Assembly (NCBI RefSeq): GCF_056746865.1
Contig: NZ_JBWKMP010000003.1
From: a plasmid
Length of the DNA: 64,000 nucleotides
Direction: 5' to 3' (one strand)
Shown here: one piece after another, positions 43,596 to 52,542 of the stretch
Numbering within the stretch: position 1 is the stretch's first letter
Layout of the letters: each line of letters begins with the position of its first letter
Notes under the pieces: generated by a model
What the model was told of the DNA's origin: nothing
Database searches by the model: none
The model's input: the letters and a program-made list of their open reading frames with translations, nothing else
Translations under genes and position numbers: made by a program

Positions 43596-43768
43596 CTTAC
43601 AGCGTACCCTTTCTTCCGCCTGTTCTGTGACGCAGTAGGCTTACGCTTTGCGGCAAAAGCCACCTGACCAAATGGATGGAGTACCGCTATCTTATGGTTG
43701 CTAATAACCAGCTCCACCACACGCACAGGTCGCTGTAAAAAAAGTCGTTTTGCCTTACGGTTTTTCAT
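43592..43768 (-). CDS. Small basic protein, MKNRKAK family (below track cutoff)
   Basis: 58 aa: MKNRKAKRLFLQRPVRVVELVISNHKIAVLHPFGQVAFAAKRKPTASQNRRKKGYAVR. ATGA overlaps on both sides. Confidence 0.45.
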   Translation of the reverse strand: MKNRKAKRLFLQRPVRVVELVISNHKIAVLHPFGQVAFAAKRKPTASQNRRKKGYAVR

Positions 43769-43941
43769 CGCTTTGCTCTCCTGCGTCTCTTTGCTGCTCG
43801 TCGTGCCGCTGCAATACCGGTATGGCGGCGCTTTGGTGCCGGGATGATGTTGTCAGCCATCAGGACATACGGCTTTGCAATTAGCGCAGAAGCCCAAAAA
43901 CGAGTCGGGTACGGTAACAAGCCGATACATGCCACACGCAT
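43765..43941 (-). CDS. Small basic protein (below track cutoff)
   Basis: 58 aa: MRVACIGLLPYPTRFW..RRAAKRRRRAKR. TAATG overlap with the upstream gene. Confidence 0.4.
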   Translation of the reverse strand: MRVACIGLLPYPTRFWASALIAKPYVLMADNIIPAPKRRHTGIAAARRAAKRRRRAKR

Positions 43942-44693
43942 TACTCACCTCCTTTGATGCGAATGCCTGCGGCGCGGATTGCAGCGATGACTTCAGAAAC
44001 TTTGTATGCCATTACCGTTTGGTAATCATCGTGAAAATCTGTTCGATGAAGCATGCTGCTACGTTCCGGGAGCGATATTTCCCGAGCATCCAGTTCCTTA
44101 ACGCGTTCCTCCAGTTCGTAGACCCTGCATTGTTCTCTATCATCAATCAGATATACCCCAAGACATTCGCTTTCTACCCAACCGCCAAAATCATGATCGT
44201 AACGCTCACATGAAAACTCACCGTCACCGTCCTTTGTTGGAATGGTGTAACTATCTAATGGGCCACCATATGTCGGCACATTTCCCAATGTTGGATGCTC
44301 AATCCACATGAAAAATGCACGTCCGGTTATTGGGCAAATATCTGGCCGCCATTGGTTACGAACAGCCTTGGTTTCGGATAATTCTTCAGCGTGTTGTTTT
44401 ACTTCCTCAAGCTCAACTCTCAGCTTCCCTACCGTTAGCGCAATATCCTCGTTCTCCTGATCGCGGCGTTTTATGTATTGCTGGTTTCTTTCCCGTTCAT
44501 CCAGCAGCGCCAGCACGGTTTCTGGTCCGGTCAGAAATTTGAAGGCGTTGAGCGCATCAATATCCACACCGTAATCTTTAAGTTCCTGTTCACTTAACAA
44601 ATCATCATCAGCTGGCAACATTAACAGGCGTTCCATTGCTGGAATTGCACGTTCCGCCGCCTCACGCAGTGCCTGGTAATTAATTTCGCTCAC
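43941..44693 (-). CDS. Ead/Ea22-like protein
   Basis: GTG start overlapping the upstream TGA. N-terminus INYQALREAAERA. Shares a 36-aa / 108-bp segment with 50855-51505. Confidence 0.8.
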   Translation of the reverse strand: MSEINYQALREAAERAIPAMERLLMLPADDDLLSEQELKDYGVDIDALNAFKFLTGPETVLALLDERERNQQYIKRRDQENEDIALTVGKLRVELEEVKQHAEELSETKAVRNQWRPDICPITGRAFFMWIEHPTLGNVPTYGGPLDSYTIPTKDGDGEFSCERYDHDFGGWVESECLGVYLIDDREQCRVYELEERVKELDAREISLPERSSMLHRTDFHDDYQTVMAYKVSEVIAAIRAAGIRIKGGE

Positions 44694-45352
44694 TGGTTGC
44701 CTCCTTTGCGAAGCTGGGCAGCAAAGTCAACTAACCACTCAGTCATTTCAACCTTCCCTACCAGGTCGGAACCAGGGTGCATACAGCAATCACTCTGCGC
44801 CGCTTTGAAATCCTTACACTCATATTCTTTGGCCACCAGATTTTTTGCAGCTTCTATAGCAGCATCCACCCCCTGCGCCCGCACTTCAGCCAGAAAAGCA
44901 TCGGTAGCTGGAGTTTCGCTGTGGTGTAGGGCATCGTTGATAATCATTGCAGCAACACCAGCCTGCCCTGCATCCGTGACCGACACATGCTCAAGAGTTA
45001 CGGCCATTGCGTGTTTCAGCCCAGCGTTCTCTGCCACCAGCGCAGCGATATTAGTCTCAAGCTCTGAAATTCGGCACGTGGCATCAATATTTGTGTCCTC
45101 CAAGCACTTAATTTCACCAAGCAGCTCCAGTGCAACCTTTGGGTTGAACGCGGCAACATGACGAGCGTTGTTCTCTGCATTTTTCTGTCCATCAAAGCCG
45201 GTCCATTTGATAACGTCTTCACATCGTTCATCACCGGGCGTGTGCACCGCATAAGTACCAGTATCCGTCGAAATAAATGCGACCCATTCGTCTGGTGTTG
45301 CCTTTTCTGCCGCCTCACGCAGTACCTGATAGTCAATTGTCATTCTCGCCAT
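44690..45352 (-). CDS. Ead/Ea22-like protein
   Basis: N-terminus DYQVLREAAEKA, internal [14 protein letters not shown]-terminus AAQLRKGGNQ. Confidence 0.8.
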   Translation of the reverse strand: MARMTIDYQVLREAAEKATPDEWVAFISTDTGTYAVHTPGDERCEDVIKWTGFDGQKNAENNARHVAAFNPKVALELLGEIKCLEDTNIDATCRISELETNIAALVAENAGLKHAMAVTLEHVSVTDAGQAGVAAMIINDALHHSETPATDAFLAEVRAQGVDAAIEAAKNLVAKEYECKDFKAAQSDCCMHPGSDLVGKVEMTEWLVDFAAQLRKGGNQ

Positions 45353-45984
45353 CCTTCACAGTTGTAATCACTACAGCCTTCAAAATCATATGGGCTGTAC
45401 TGCCAGGTTATTTTTCCGCAATGCGGACAATTCCAACGCACCTTCCCGCTTCGCGACTTCTTTCTTCTGTTCTGCTCTTTCAACCAGTCAGGCATGATCA
45501 AACCTGCGCCCTGAACCATTGTTCTGCGGTTAAAGTTATTGATATTGAACGTCCGGCGCTTTGCTGCATCAGCAATGGAAAATGGCAACCAAACTATTCC
45601 TGGTTCGTTTTTGTTGGCGACGCTAAAGATGGTCGCTTTACTGAAGTCATCTGTTGGCAATCCACCGTGTTGAAGCCAGTAAACATCGTTGCCGTTCCAG
45701 CTACCTTTTTTGTAGGCCACATACGCAGTGCAATCTGACTCAATCAGGCTTTCTGTAGGGATGTACTGGCAATCAACGTGCCACACAGCCATTGCATCCA
45801 CGCTATCAGCGCAAACAGGCTGATCGATATCTCGCCCACAATTCCAGGCTTTTTGGGCTTCTTCCAGCGTGTAAACATGAGCGCGATCGATATCAGAGCT
45901 ATAACCATTGCCGTTATGGCAATGGAATGAGGCGTTATTACCCACAGTTTCACGCAAGCACATCATGTAAAAACGGTTACTCAC
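45340..45984 (-). CDS. Hypothetical Cys-rich protein
   Basis: GTG start at 45984 overlapping the upstream TGA. C-terminus WNCPHCGKITW..CSDYNCEGW suggests a zinc ribbon. Confidence 0.65.
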   Translation of the reverse strand: MSNRFYMMCLRETVGNNASFHCHNGNGYSSDIDRAHVYTLEEAQKAWNCGRDIDQPVCADSVDAMAVWHVDCQYIPTESLIESDCTAYVAYKKGSWNGNDVYWLQHGGLPTDDFSKATIFSVANKNEPGIVWLPFSIADAAKRRTFNINNFNRRTMVQGAGLIMPDWLKEQNRRKKSRSGKVRWNCPHCGKITWQYSPYDFEGCSDYNCEGWRE

Positions 45985-46220
45985 TGGTTGCCTCCTTGGC
46001 GGAGTTGCGCTGCGATGCATGAAAAAAAAGACTCCCGAGTGTGACAGTTAAGAGCTGGTGCGAACGCCGCGTTAAGAACGGCGGCATCACAGCCGTCATC
46101 AATATAGAGCGCAATTTTTTTCTCCAGGCGCGCTTTGGCTTCCTGCAACTGCATACCCCGGCACGCACGCGGGATATAATCAGCAATTTGAGCGATAGCT
46201 TTTTCGTTCTGTTTAAACAT
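45981..46220 (-). CDS. Hypothetical protein ending in the QLRQGGNQ module
   Basis: 79 aa with the shared C-terminal junction motif. Confidence 0.6.
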   Translation of the reverse strand: MFKQNEKAIAQIADYIPRACRGMQLQEAKARLEKKIALYIDDGCDAAVLNAAFAPALNCHTRESFFSCIAAQLRQGGNQ

Positions 46221-46416
46221 GCTTCACCTCGATAGGCTTGATGGTGTCTAACAGCAGTCGGCGGCGCGTATTTTCTGCAAAATGGCGGCGTCCAGTTTCT
46301 TTGTGGTAAAACTCGTTTTTGCCGACGACCCACATCCGCTCTGTTTGGTGCAGTTTTTTTACCTTCGGGCCATCTTTGGTGATCACGGTACCGGTATGGG
46401 TTTTTACGATTGTCAT
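46213..46416 (-). CDS. Hypothetical protein
   Basis: 67 aa, overlaps the next gene by 8 nt. Confidence 0.6.
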   Translation of the reverse strand: MTIVKTHTGTVITKDGPKVKKLHQTERMWVVGKNEFYHKETGRRHFAENTRRRLLLDTIKPIEVKHV

Positions 46417-46499
46417 GCCACTACCTATTCGAACAGATGAACGAGACAGGCCGATGCTCGTCCACCTGAAAAACTGACGATTTGATGCATACTCACGGT

Positions 46500-47228
46500 T
46501 TATTCCTGAATGCGCTTAAACTCGATTACCCACACCCAGGGATTAGCGTTCCAGCTTTCTTCACCATAGATGGATTCCCACAGGCGCTGGAACGCAACCT
46601 TGGCCATTGCGAAATCCCCCTTGGGAGTAAGGAATGTTCCCGGGTGATCAGGAAGCAAACTTCCAGCAGGCGGAACGCCCTCAGCCCTTGCATCGCATTC
46701 GCTGATATCGTTCAACCGTTCAACGCGCACGTTGGTAATTTCCAACAGAATGCGTGATGCCCATCGCGGCATGTGAATTGATGGACGCCACCCACCATCA
46801 AACTTTTCATTCACAGTGTGAGGTTTCCAGTCGGCATCATCGGGTATCGACCATAAGCCGTAATCACCAGGTTTTTGCTCGCAACTGGCCCGATAAATCC
46901 TTGCTGCGTTCTTCTCATCGCCACGACAAAGGTTGTCGTTCCAGTCCACACTGCAACCATCCTCATTGCCTAATATCGCCCATGTTTCACGAACCCAAAT
47001 TCGATCGCCGACGATACCAAATGGGCAATTGAAAACACTGCTTACACCATCAGCCCCGTACCACTGAAAACCTGCACCAATTTTTCTAACCATCACTGGT
47101 GCTTCTGGACCAACTTCCGCAGGCTGATTTTTCATTATCCGCCGCGTCTGCGTTTTCCTTCCTTCGAGGATGGCCCGGACCATCTCATCGTTAAAAATCA
47201 TCCCGCGTTCTTTCATTTTTTGATCCAC
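46500..47228 (-). CDS. Conserved phage protein with N-terminal ..MVRAILEGRKTQTRR.. motif (ASCH/PUA-like fold suspected)
   Basis: 242 aa. This motif is common in a family of phage proteins, but the function is not established by anything I can see. Confidence 0.7.
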   Translation of the reverse strand: MDQKMKERGMIFNDEMVRAILEGRKTQTRRIMKNQPAEVGPEAPVMVRKIGAGFQWYGADGVSSVFNCPFGIVGDRIWVRETWAILGNEDGCSVDWNDNLCRGDEKNAARIYRASCEQKPGDYGLWSIPDDADWKPHTVNEKFDGGWRPSIHMPRWASRILLEITNVRVERLNDISECDARAEGVPPAGSLLPDHPGTFLTPKGDFAMAKVAFQRLWESIYGEESWNANPWVWVIEFKRIQE

Positions 47229-47232
47229 TCCA

Positions 47233-48228
47233 TCAGTTATTGAACGTGATCACTCCGCGCTCGATGGCGAAGTCGAAAAGCTGGTTGGCGGCTACGTAAA
47301 GGCGTATGCCATGTGCTTTTTCCCATGCCCGGACATCGTTTTCTGCGCTTCTGGCGCATTCATCGCAAAGAGGAACGGCCCAGCGATCGTGTTCGTTTAA
47401 CGAGCGGGCGCGGTACATGAACGGGTGATTAACTTTGCCTCCGCATCCGATGCACGGACGAGAAATCACAAACCGGAGATAAGCCGGGCTTTTACCGAGA
47501 ACCGCTTTTGGTCGGCGCATATACAGCAGGCCGGAATCCTCATCTACAGACAGGTTGACGATCTGCTCTGCGGTTATGTCCACCAGCTCACGGGTGCTGT
47601 GCTCCCAGGTGATATCCGATTCTTTCAGTGTGCCGGTAGGGATTTCCTGTTTTGGCTGACAAAATGCAATGCGACCGGCTTCATCTGGCAGCTCGTCTTT
47701 CAGATTCCGGCGAATGGCCCAAAAAGTGAGTTCAACCATGCTCAGATCGCGTTCTGGCGGTAGTTTTAACTCGCTCGCAGCCCAGTTCATAACCCAGTTG
47801 GCACGATTCAGGGATAACTGGTCATCCAGCTTGCCGTACCCCTTCATCATGTATTCCGCATCATGCTTCCAGCACAGGCGAACGGCAGAGCCGTTATAGA
47901 AATGAGTGGTTAGCTGGTGGCTGCAATCGCGCTTATCGTGCGCCTGGCAATCGTGGATATTGGAACTTACCCAATGAACAAGCGAATCTTCACCGCCTAA
48001 TGCGTTAAATACGCGCTCGCTTTGAAAAAATGCTTTCAGAGACTGGTTGGCAACCAGCGAATAGTTCAGATCCACTACGCCATCTGGCGTGTTTTCAGCC
48101 TGTTCGCGCGGAAGTGGAGAGATAATGAAACGGCGACCTGCGCCAATGTAGTTGCTGGTGGGCTTGTCTACCGGAAAGACAGCCACACCAGCTCCGTTTA
48201 CGAAATGAGGTGTGATTATTGCACTCAT
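47233..48228 (-). CDS. Hypothetical protein with C-terminal Cys-cluster domain
   Basis: 331 aa, first gene after the operator pair at 48271. The C-terminus CIGCGG..H....PLCDEC resembles a zinc/HNH-like module. Confidence 0.75.
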   Translation of the reverse strand: MSAIITPHFVNGAGVAVFPVDKPTSNYIGAGRRFIISPLPREQAENTPDGVVDLNYSLVANQSLKAFFQSERVFNALGGEDSLVHWVSSNIHDCQAHDKRDCSHQLTTHFYNGSAVRLCWKHDAEYMMKGYGKLDDQLSLNRANWVMNWAASELKLPPERDLSMVELTFWAIRRNLKDELPDEAGRIAFCQPKQEIPTGTLKESDITWEHSTRELVDITAEQIVNLSVDEDSGLLYMRRPKAVLGKSPAYLRFVISRPCIGCGGKVNHPFMYRARSLNEHDRWAVPLCDECARSAENDVRAWEKAHGIRLYVAANQLFDFAIERGVITFNN

Positions 48229-48270
48229 AATGTATACCGACTCTGTTTTGTTCCGAGCGGTAAAATAATA

Positions 48271-48300
48271 TGTTAGAAAATTAAAATCAATATTCTAACA
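48271..48300. promoter_or_regulatory. Inverted operator pair TGTTAGAAAATTAA-aa-TCAATATTCTAACA
   Basis: Lies in the 100-bp gap between two leftward gene blocks. Confidence 0.65.
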
Positions 48301-48332
48301 CGGTTTTGAGTGCATAAACGATGTGTTCAGGA

Positions 48333-49019
48333 TTACGGCTGGCCTCCCTTCACCTGCTTTAGCGTCAGATTTCCGCAAAAAACCGCGCCAGTGTCTATGT
48401 AGTGCTGGTTCCAGAAAGATTTCGGGCTGTTTACTGGCGTATGCCCGAAAATAAAGCTATCTGCACCAGTGATCATTCCACCAACACCATCAACCGCGTC
48501 ATAAAATCGCTCACGCCGCCAGGTAACATTGAGATCGCTAACAGGTTTACCAAACTGGTATTCGTTATCAGGATAGTCGGCATGGGCTATAACGATAGTT
48601 TCATGCCCGGTGTTCAACTCAATGATATAGGGTAAACGTCTTACCAGCTCCACCAGCGCCCTGGCTAATATTTCCCGATCAGCGTCCAGCATGAAGAACC
48701 ATTGGCCGCCATTCATTAGCCAGTTATTCACGTTGCCTGCGGGGCTTAACGCATCGATCATTAATCGCTCGTGGTTTCCCATAACCGACCGAAACCAGGG
48801 CATCTGCAATAGCTCCAAGCATTCAACATTTTCGGTGCCGCGATCGATAAGGTCGCCAACCGATATCAGTAAATCCTGTGTCGGGTCAAAGTCCACACGA
48901 TGAAGTTCAGACATCAATCTGGTGTAGCAACCATGCAGATCACCAACAACCCATATGTTTCTGTAGCCTGAACCATCAATACGGCCATATAAATTCACTT
49001 CATGCAGCGCCTGGGTCAT
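48333..49019 (-). CDS. Ser/Thr protein phosphatase (lambda PP / PrpA-like metallophosphoesterase)
   Basis: Motifs GDLHGC, GDLIDRG and GNHE. ATG at 49019 overlaps the upstream stop (ATGA). Confidence 0.85.
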   Translation of the reverse strand: MTQALHEVNLYGRIDGSGYRNIWVVGDLHGCYTRLMSELHRVDFDPTQDLLISVGDLIDRGTENVECLELLQMPWFRSVMGNHERLMIDALSPAGNVNNWLMNGGQWFFMLDADREILARALVELVRRLPYIIELNTGHETIVIAHADYPDNEYQFGKPVSDLNVTWRRERFYDAVDGVGGMITGADSFIFGHTPVNSPKSFWNQHYIDTGAVFCGNLTLKQVKGGQP

Positions 49020-49327
49020 GCGGCAACCTTCTCCCGCAGCCAGATACAAACCGGGCCATCTTCAGTGTCATGAATAGAGCCAACAAACCATCCTTCGCCC
49101 TCTGGTCGCTCTGGTTCCCAGGCGGCAATATCGGGACCATCTGCGTCCAGATTAAAATGATCTTCATCCATACTGCGAATAGTCCACTGAAGATTATTAT
49201 CCTTCATCCAGGCGTCAAATTCCTCAGTGGATATATATTCACGACCTGCGCAAAACTTTTCATATTCCGGATGTGTCCAGCAGCCATATTCATCACGTTC
49301 TACCGGCATTTCTTTAATGATGCTCAC
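49016..49327 (-). CDS. Hypothetical acidic protein
   Basis: 103 aa, coupled on both sides. Confidence 0.65.
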   Translation of the reverse strand: MSIIKEMPVERDEYGCWTHPEYEKFCAGREYISTEEFDAWMKDNNLQWTIRSMDEDHFNLDADGPDIAAWEPERPEGEGWFVGSIHDTEDGPVCIWLREKVAA

Positions 49328-49548
49328 TCTTCATCCTCCAAGTCGGCAACGGCCTCCATCACATCAGAACCGCGAATAACCTCAAAAGCACGGCAGGCCA
49401 TTTCAAACACCTGTTGTTCTTGCGGATGCGGTGACTCCCAATACTTAAAACCAGGTCGATGCTCGTAACCCAACATGGAATAAAAATCGCCAGCAAGTTC
49501 AATCGCTGCATCAACAAGTTCGCGATTTGTCATCGTCTGTTCTGTCAT
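49324..49548 (-). CDS. Hypothetical protein
   Basis: 74 aa, coupled on both sides. Confidence 0.65.
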   Translation of the reverse strand: MTEQTMTNRELVDAAIELAGDFYSMLGYEHRPGFKYWESPHPQEQQVFEMACRAFEVIRGSDVMEAVADLEDEE

Positions 49549-49820
49549 TTTGTTTTCTCCTGTCTGAACATCACTATCATCAGGTCGCCTTTTGTCGCTA
49601 TCCTGGCTGTTGTACCTGGTTCAATGCGGCTAAGCTCAAATGCGTCATAGAACGCTTCTAATGCCTTCTGGCGTAGTTCCTGTTTGCGCCGTTTTTTCCA
49701 CTGTTTTAGGAAAATGGAACCCAGCCATCGCCATGTACGGGACATGATGTAAAGCCAACCGAGAAGTGCCAGACCGGTATTTAGGAGCGTATCGATCGTT
49801 ATTGTCGTGTCGATATTCAC
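49545..49820 (-). CDS. Small membrane protein
   Basis: 91 aa. TM helix LLNTGLALLGWLYIM followed by a basic stretch. Confidence 0.65.
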   Translation of the reverse strand: MNIDTTITIDTLLNTGLALLGWLYIMSRTWRWLGSIFLKQWKKRRKQELRQKALEAFYDAFELSRIEPGTTARIATKGDLMIVMFRQEKTK

Positions 49821-50533
49821 TGGCTGCCTCCTTTGCGAAGCTGGTCGGCGAACAAACGTACACTAGACGCTTCACTGCGTAGAAACTTAACGGCATAATC
49901 AAAACCACCTCGTTCTGCGTCGTCTGCTCCGTTGTCGAGGTTATCTGCGTACATCTCTACCCCCTGCGCACGTACTTCAGCCAGGAAAGCATCGGTGGCT
50001 GGGGTATCAACACGGATACTGTCGCGCAAGATGAAAAATGCATTGAGCATTCCAGTCTCTGGCACTTCATCCTGATGCTTCTCATACGCATCAAGAGCCT
50101 TCATCATCTCAGCTCCGAATGGTTGAGGGTGCACAGACTTCAGCTCCGCATTCTCCGCCGCCAGCACCGCGCGTTCGCTCTCCAGTTCTGTAATGCGCCG
50201 TCTTGCAGCATCCAGTTCAATCGACAATTTTCCCAACTGCTCTTTATGCTTCTTGTATTCCTGATATGCGTGCCAAGACTGACCTTTGCGCACACTATCC
50301 GTGATATCAGTAATCTGTTCTGGTGTTAGCGTGGTCAGTGGCTGTGCTGGGAAAATCAGCACTTTCCCAGCATCCCAATCAAAACCCACCTGAATTGACT
50401 GAACCTCAACTGATGGTGTTGAACCGATGCGACCAGGCGAATGAACAACGATCGTTACATCCATATCGCGACGATGGCTGTGGTTGTTGGACAAAATACG
50501 ATTCACCAACTCCGAGAATTTGGAAAATTTCAT
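49817..50533 (-). CDS. Ead/Ea22-like protein
   Basis: ATG at 50533 (ATGA overlap). Contains [13 protein letters not shown] and ends [10 protein letters not shown]. Confidence 0.75.
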   Translation of the reverse strand: MKFSKFSELVNRILSNNHSHRRDMDVTIVVHSPGRIGSTPSVEVQSIQVGFDWDAGKVLIFPAQPLTTLTPEQITDITDSVRKGQSWHAYQEYKKHKEQLGKLSIELDAARRRITELESERAVLAAENAELKSVHPQPFGAEMMKALDAYEKHQDEVPETGMLNAFFILRDSIRVDTPATDAFLAEVRAQGVEMYADNLDNGADDAERGGFDYAVKFLRSEASSVRLFADQLRKGGSQ

Positions 50534-50853
50534 GCTGATTCCCTTTGCTCTTCCTGGATAATGTTGTTGCAATCTTTCACGCACTCGTTGCAGATGAAAA
50601 CGTTGTCCCCGGCAATTAACTTTTTAACGGTGTGCTGGGATTTGTTGCAGAAGCTGCAATAAAGCGTTGGACTGGCTGATATGGATGGTGCGCCAGATGT
50701 CAGCCGCGCGATGTCGTTCTTGCGACGCAATATCACACGGCTGCACTCGACCAGCATCTCCGGGGATATATCCTCCTCCGTGGCGAGCGCCTCCAGACGT
50801 TCGAGCAAGCGAAATACTTTTTCCTGGGTGATTGCAGAATGCGATGTGGTCAT
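50530..50853 (-). CDS. Protein with C-terminal ClpX-type zinc-binding domain (ZBD)
   Basis: [39 protein letters not shown] versus the E. coli ClpX N-terminus [39 protein letters not shown]. ATG at 50853 behind SD GGAGAG. Confidence 0.8.
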   Translation of the reverse strand: MTTSHSAITQEKVFRLLERLEALATEEDISPEMLVECSRVILRRKNDIARLTSGAPSISASPTLYCSFCNKSQHTVKKLIAGDNVFICNECVKDCNNIIQEEQRESA

Positions 50854-50854
50854 C

Positions 50855-51505
50855 TCACTCTCCTTTGATGCGAATGCCAGCGGCACGGGAGTCATTCCAT
50901 CGCTTTACTTCTTCACGAATTACGTCAATGCATTCTTTCGAATCCATTAGGTAATCTTCATCAAAAAGCCTTTCCTGTTCGTTTTCTATCGCAACAATGA
51001 TTGCTTCAACTAACTTTTGTGCCTGAGAACCACTTTCTAACTCTGCAATGCGCTTCTCTGCGGCTTCCAGCTTCTCGCGCATATCGTCAACGTACTCGAC
51101 CAGAGATCCGCCAGCAGGAATTTCGCACTCCTCGACCAGTTGGAAGTAGATATCAGCTGCGGCCCGTGTGTTGCTATGCCTAGCGTCGCCCATCTCACCT
51201 TCACGAAGAGCATCGCGTTCGGCGGTAAGATTGGCTATTTTGCTGTCTTTGCCTTCAAGCTCAACGCGCAGCTTCCCTACCGTTAGCGCAATATCCTCGT
51301 TCTCCTGGTCGCGGCGTTTTATGTATTGCTGGTTTCTTTCCCGTTCATCCAGCAGCGCCAGCACAATGTGTGGCGTTATCAAGGACTCAAATTCGGCAAC
51401 AGCTTGCTCACCTCGCTTGTAATTCTTAATCCCACCTAAATCTTTCGCGTTCTGTGCCGCCTCACGCAGCGCCAGTGTGTCGATGTCGATGTCGATGTTG
51501 CTCAT
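50855..51505 (-). CDS. Ead/Ea22-like coiled-coil protein
   Basis: ATG at 51505 (ATGA overlap). [12 protein letters not shown]. Shares [36 protein letters not shown] with 43941-44693. Confidence 0.75.
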   Translation of the reverse strand: MSNIDIDIDTLALREAAQNAKDLGGIKNYKRGEQAVAEFESLITPHIVLALLDERERNQQYIKRRDQENEDIALTVGKLRVELEGKDSKIANLTAERDALREGEMGDARHSNTRAAADIYFQLVEECEIPAGGSLVEYVDDMREKLEAAEKRIAELESGSQAQKLVEAIIVAIENEQERLFDEDYLMDSKECIDVIREEVKRWNDSRAAGIRIKGE

Positions 51506-51735
51506 TGTGCCTCCTCGATTTCGTCCCATTCCACCCAGGCATTCTCTCCATCAGCATCGATTTCACCTTTGTGACCGCATTTGGAACAAACGGCCTCATC
51601 ACCCGCCCACAAAGAATCTTTGGTTACCGACCATCCTGTTACCCTGGCTTTGCCGTGCTGGCACCTAGGGCAATCATCAAGCCATTCGACTTCGACCGTT
51701 GAAGGACCAAATCCATGTTCAGTTCGGATGCTCAT
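51502..51735 (-). CDS. Zinc-ribbon protein
   Basis: 77 aa with CPRC..(19)..CSKC. ATGA overlap at the start. Confidence 0.65.
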   Translation of the reverse strand: MSIRTEHGFGPSTVEVEWLDDCPRCQHGKARVTGWSVTKDSLWAGDEAVCSKCGHKGEIDADGENAWVEWDEIEEAQ

Positions 51736-52235
51736 GACTGAACTCCTTTGCGAATCTGTTCCGCCCATTCTTCAAGGGATTTCTCCGCATATTCACCGGA
51801 CAGGCCATCAATCGGATGCGGTTCATTAGCCAACTCTTCTTTCGCTGACAAAATCATGCGTGTAACGTCGAAAACTTCACGCAAAGACTTATTGATAAAT
51901 CCGTGATTGAACGCAGCAGCAAGACGGCTTGCGGTGTAGTTAATCCCCTCGTTGCGTGCCTCCGCACGTATTTCAGCCAGGAAAGCGTCGGTGGCTGACA
52001 TATTTCCTGTTGCCTTCATGGCCTTCAAAATAACCAGAACGCCATCTTGCCCAACCAACTCGGAGATAATCTCAGTGTTGTCGCCAACAACCTCACAGAA
52101 TGCCTGAACAGCTTTACGAGCAAGTGCATTCTCCGCCGCCAGCGCCGCGCGCTCTTTCTCAAGTCGGGAAATTTCCGTTACATACTCAGCGTTACGCTCT
52201 GCCAGTTGTGCGGGCGTTAAACCTTCAGACTTCAT
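51732..52235 (-). CDS. Ead/Ea22-like protein
   Basis: 167 aa. TDAFLAEIRAEARNEG, ends AEQIRKGVQS. Confidence 0.75.
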   Translation of the reverse strand: MKSEGLTPAQLAERNAEYVTEISRLEKERAALAAENALARKAVQAFCEVVGDNTEIISELVGQDGVLVILKAMKATGNMSATDAFLAEIRAEARNEGINYTASRLAAAFNHGFINKSLREVFDVTRMILSAKEELANEPHPIDGLSGEYAEKSLEEWAEQIRKGVQS

Positions 52236-52542
52236 GCACTCTCCTTTCGAAATAAACGTACTGATTAATCATGCCCAGGGGCATTTCGAACTTTTCTGCG
52301 ATCTCACGGCGGGGAACGCCACACTGATGAAGCTGCCGCGCCAGCTCTATATCGCTCTGCCGGTATTTGGCTGACTGGTGAAAGTCACCTTTCAGAATCA
52401 TGCTGATCCGCAATTGCCGCGCTTTAGTCCTGACAGCACCACCGGTACGCCCGATCAGTCTCCCAATACCCTCGACTGTCATAGTCCCGGCGCACTGGCG
52501 GAGTATCATGATTTCTGCCCTTCCCCATCCCCGCCAGCTCAC
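52225..52542 (-). CDS. Small HTH protein (GTG start)
   Basis: 105 aa with two HTH-like segments (MTVEGIGRLIGRTGGAVRTKARQL; VPRREIAEKFEMPLGMINQYV). Confidence 0.65.
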   Translation of the reverse strand: MSWRGWGRAEIMILRQCAGTMTVEGIGRLIGRTGGAVRTKARQLRISMILKGDFHQSAKYRQSDIELARQLHQCGVPRREIAEKFEMPLGMINQYVYFERRVHEV

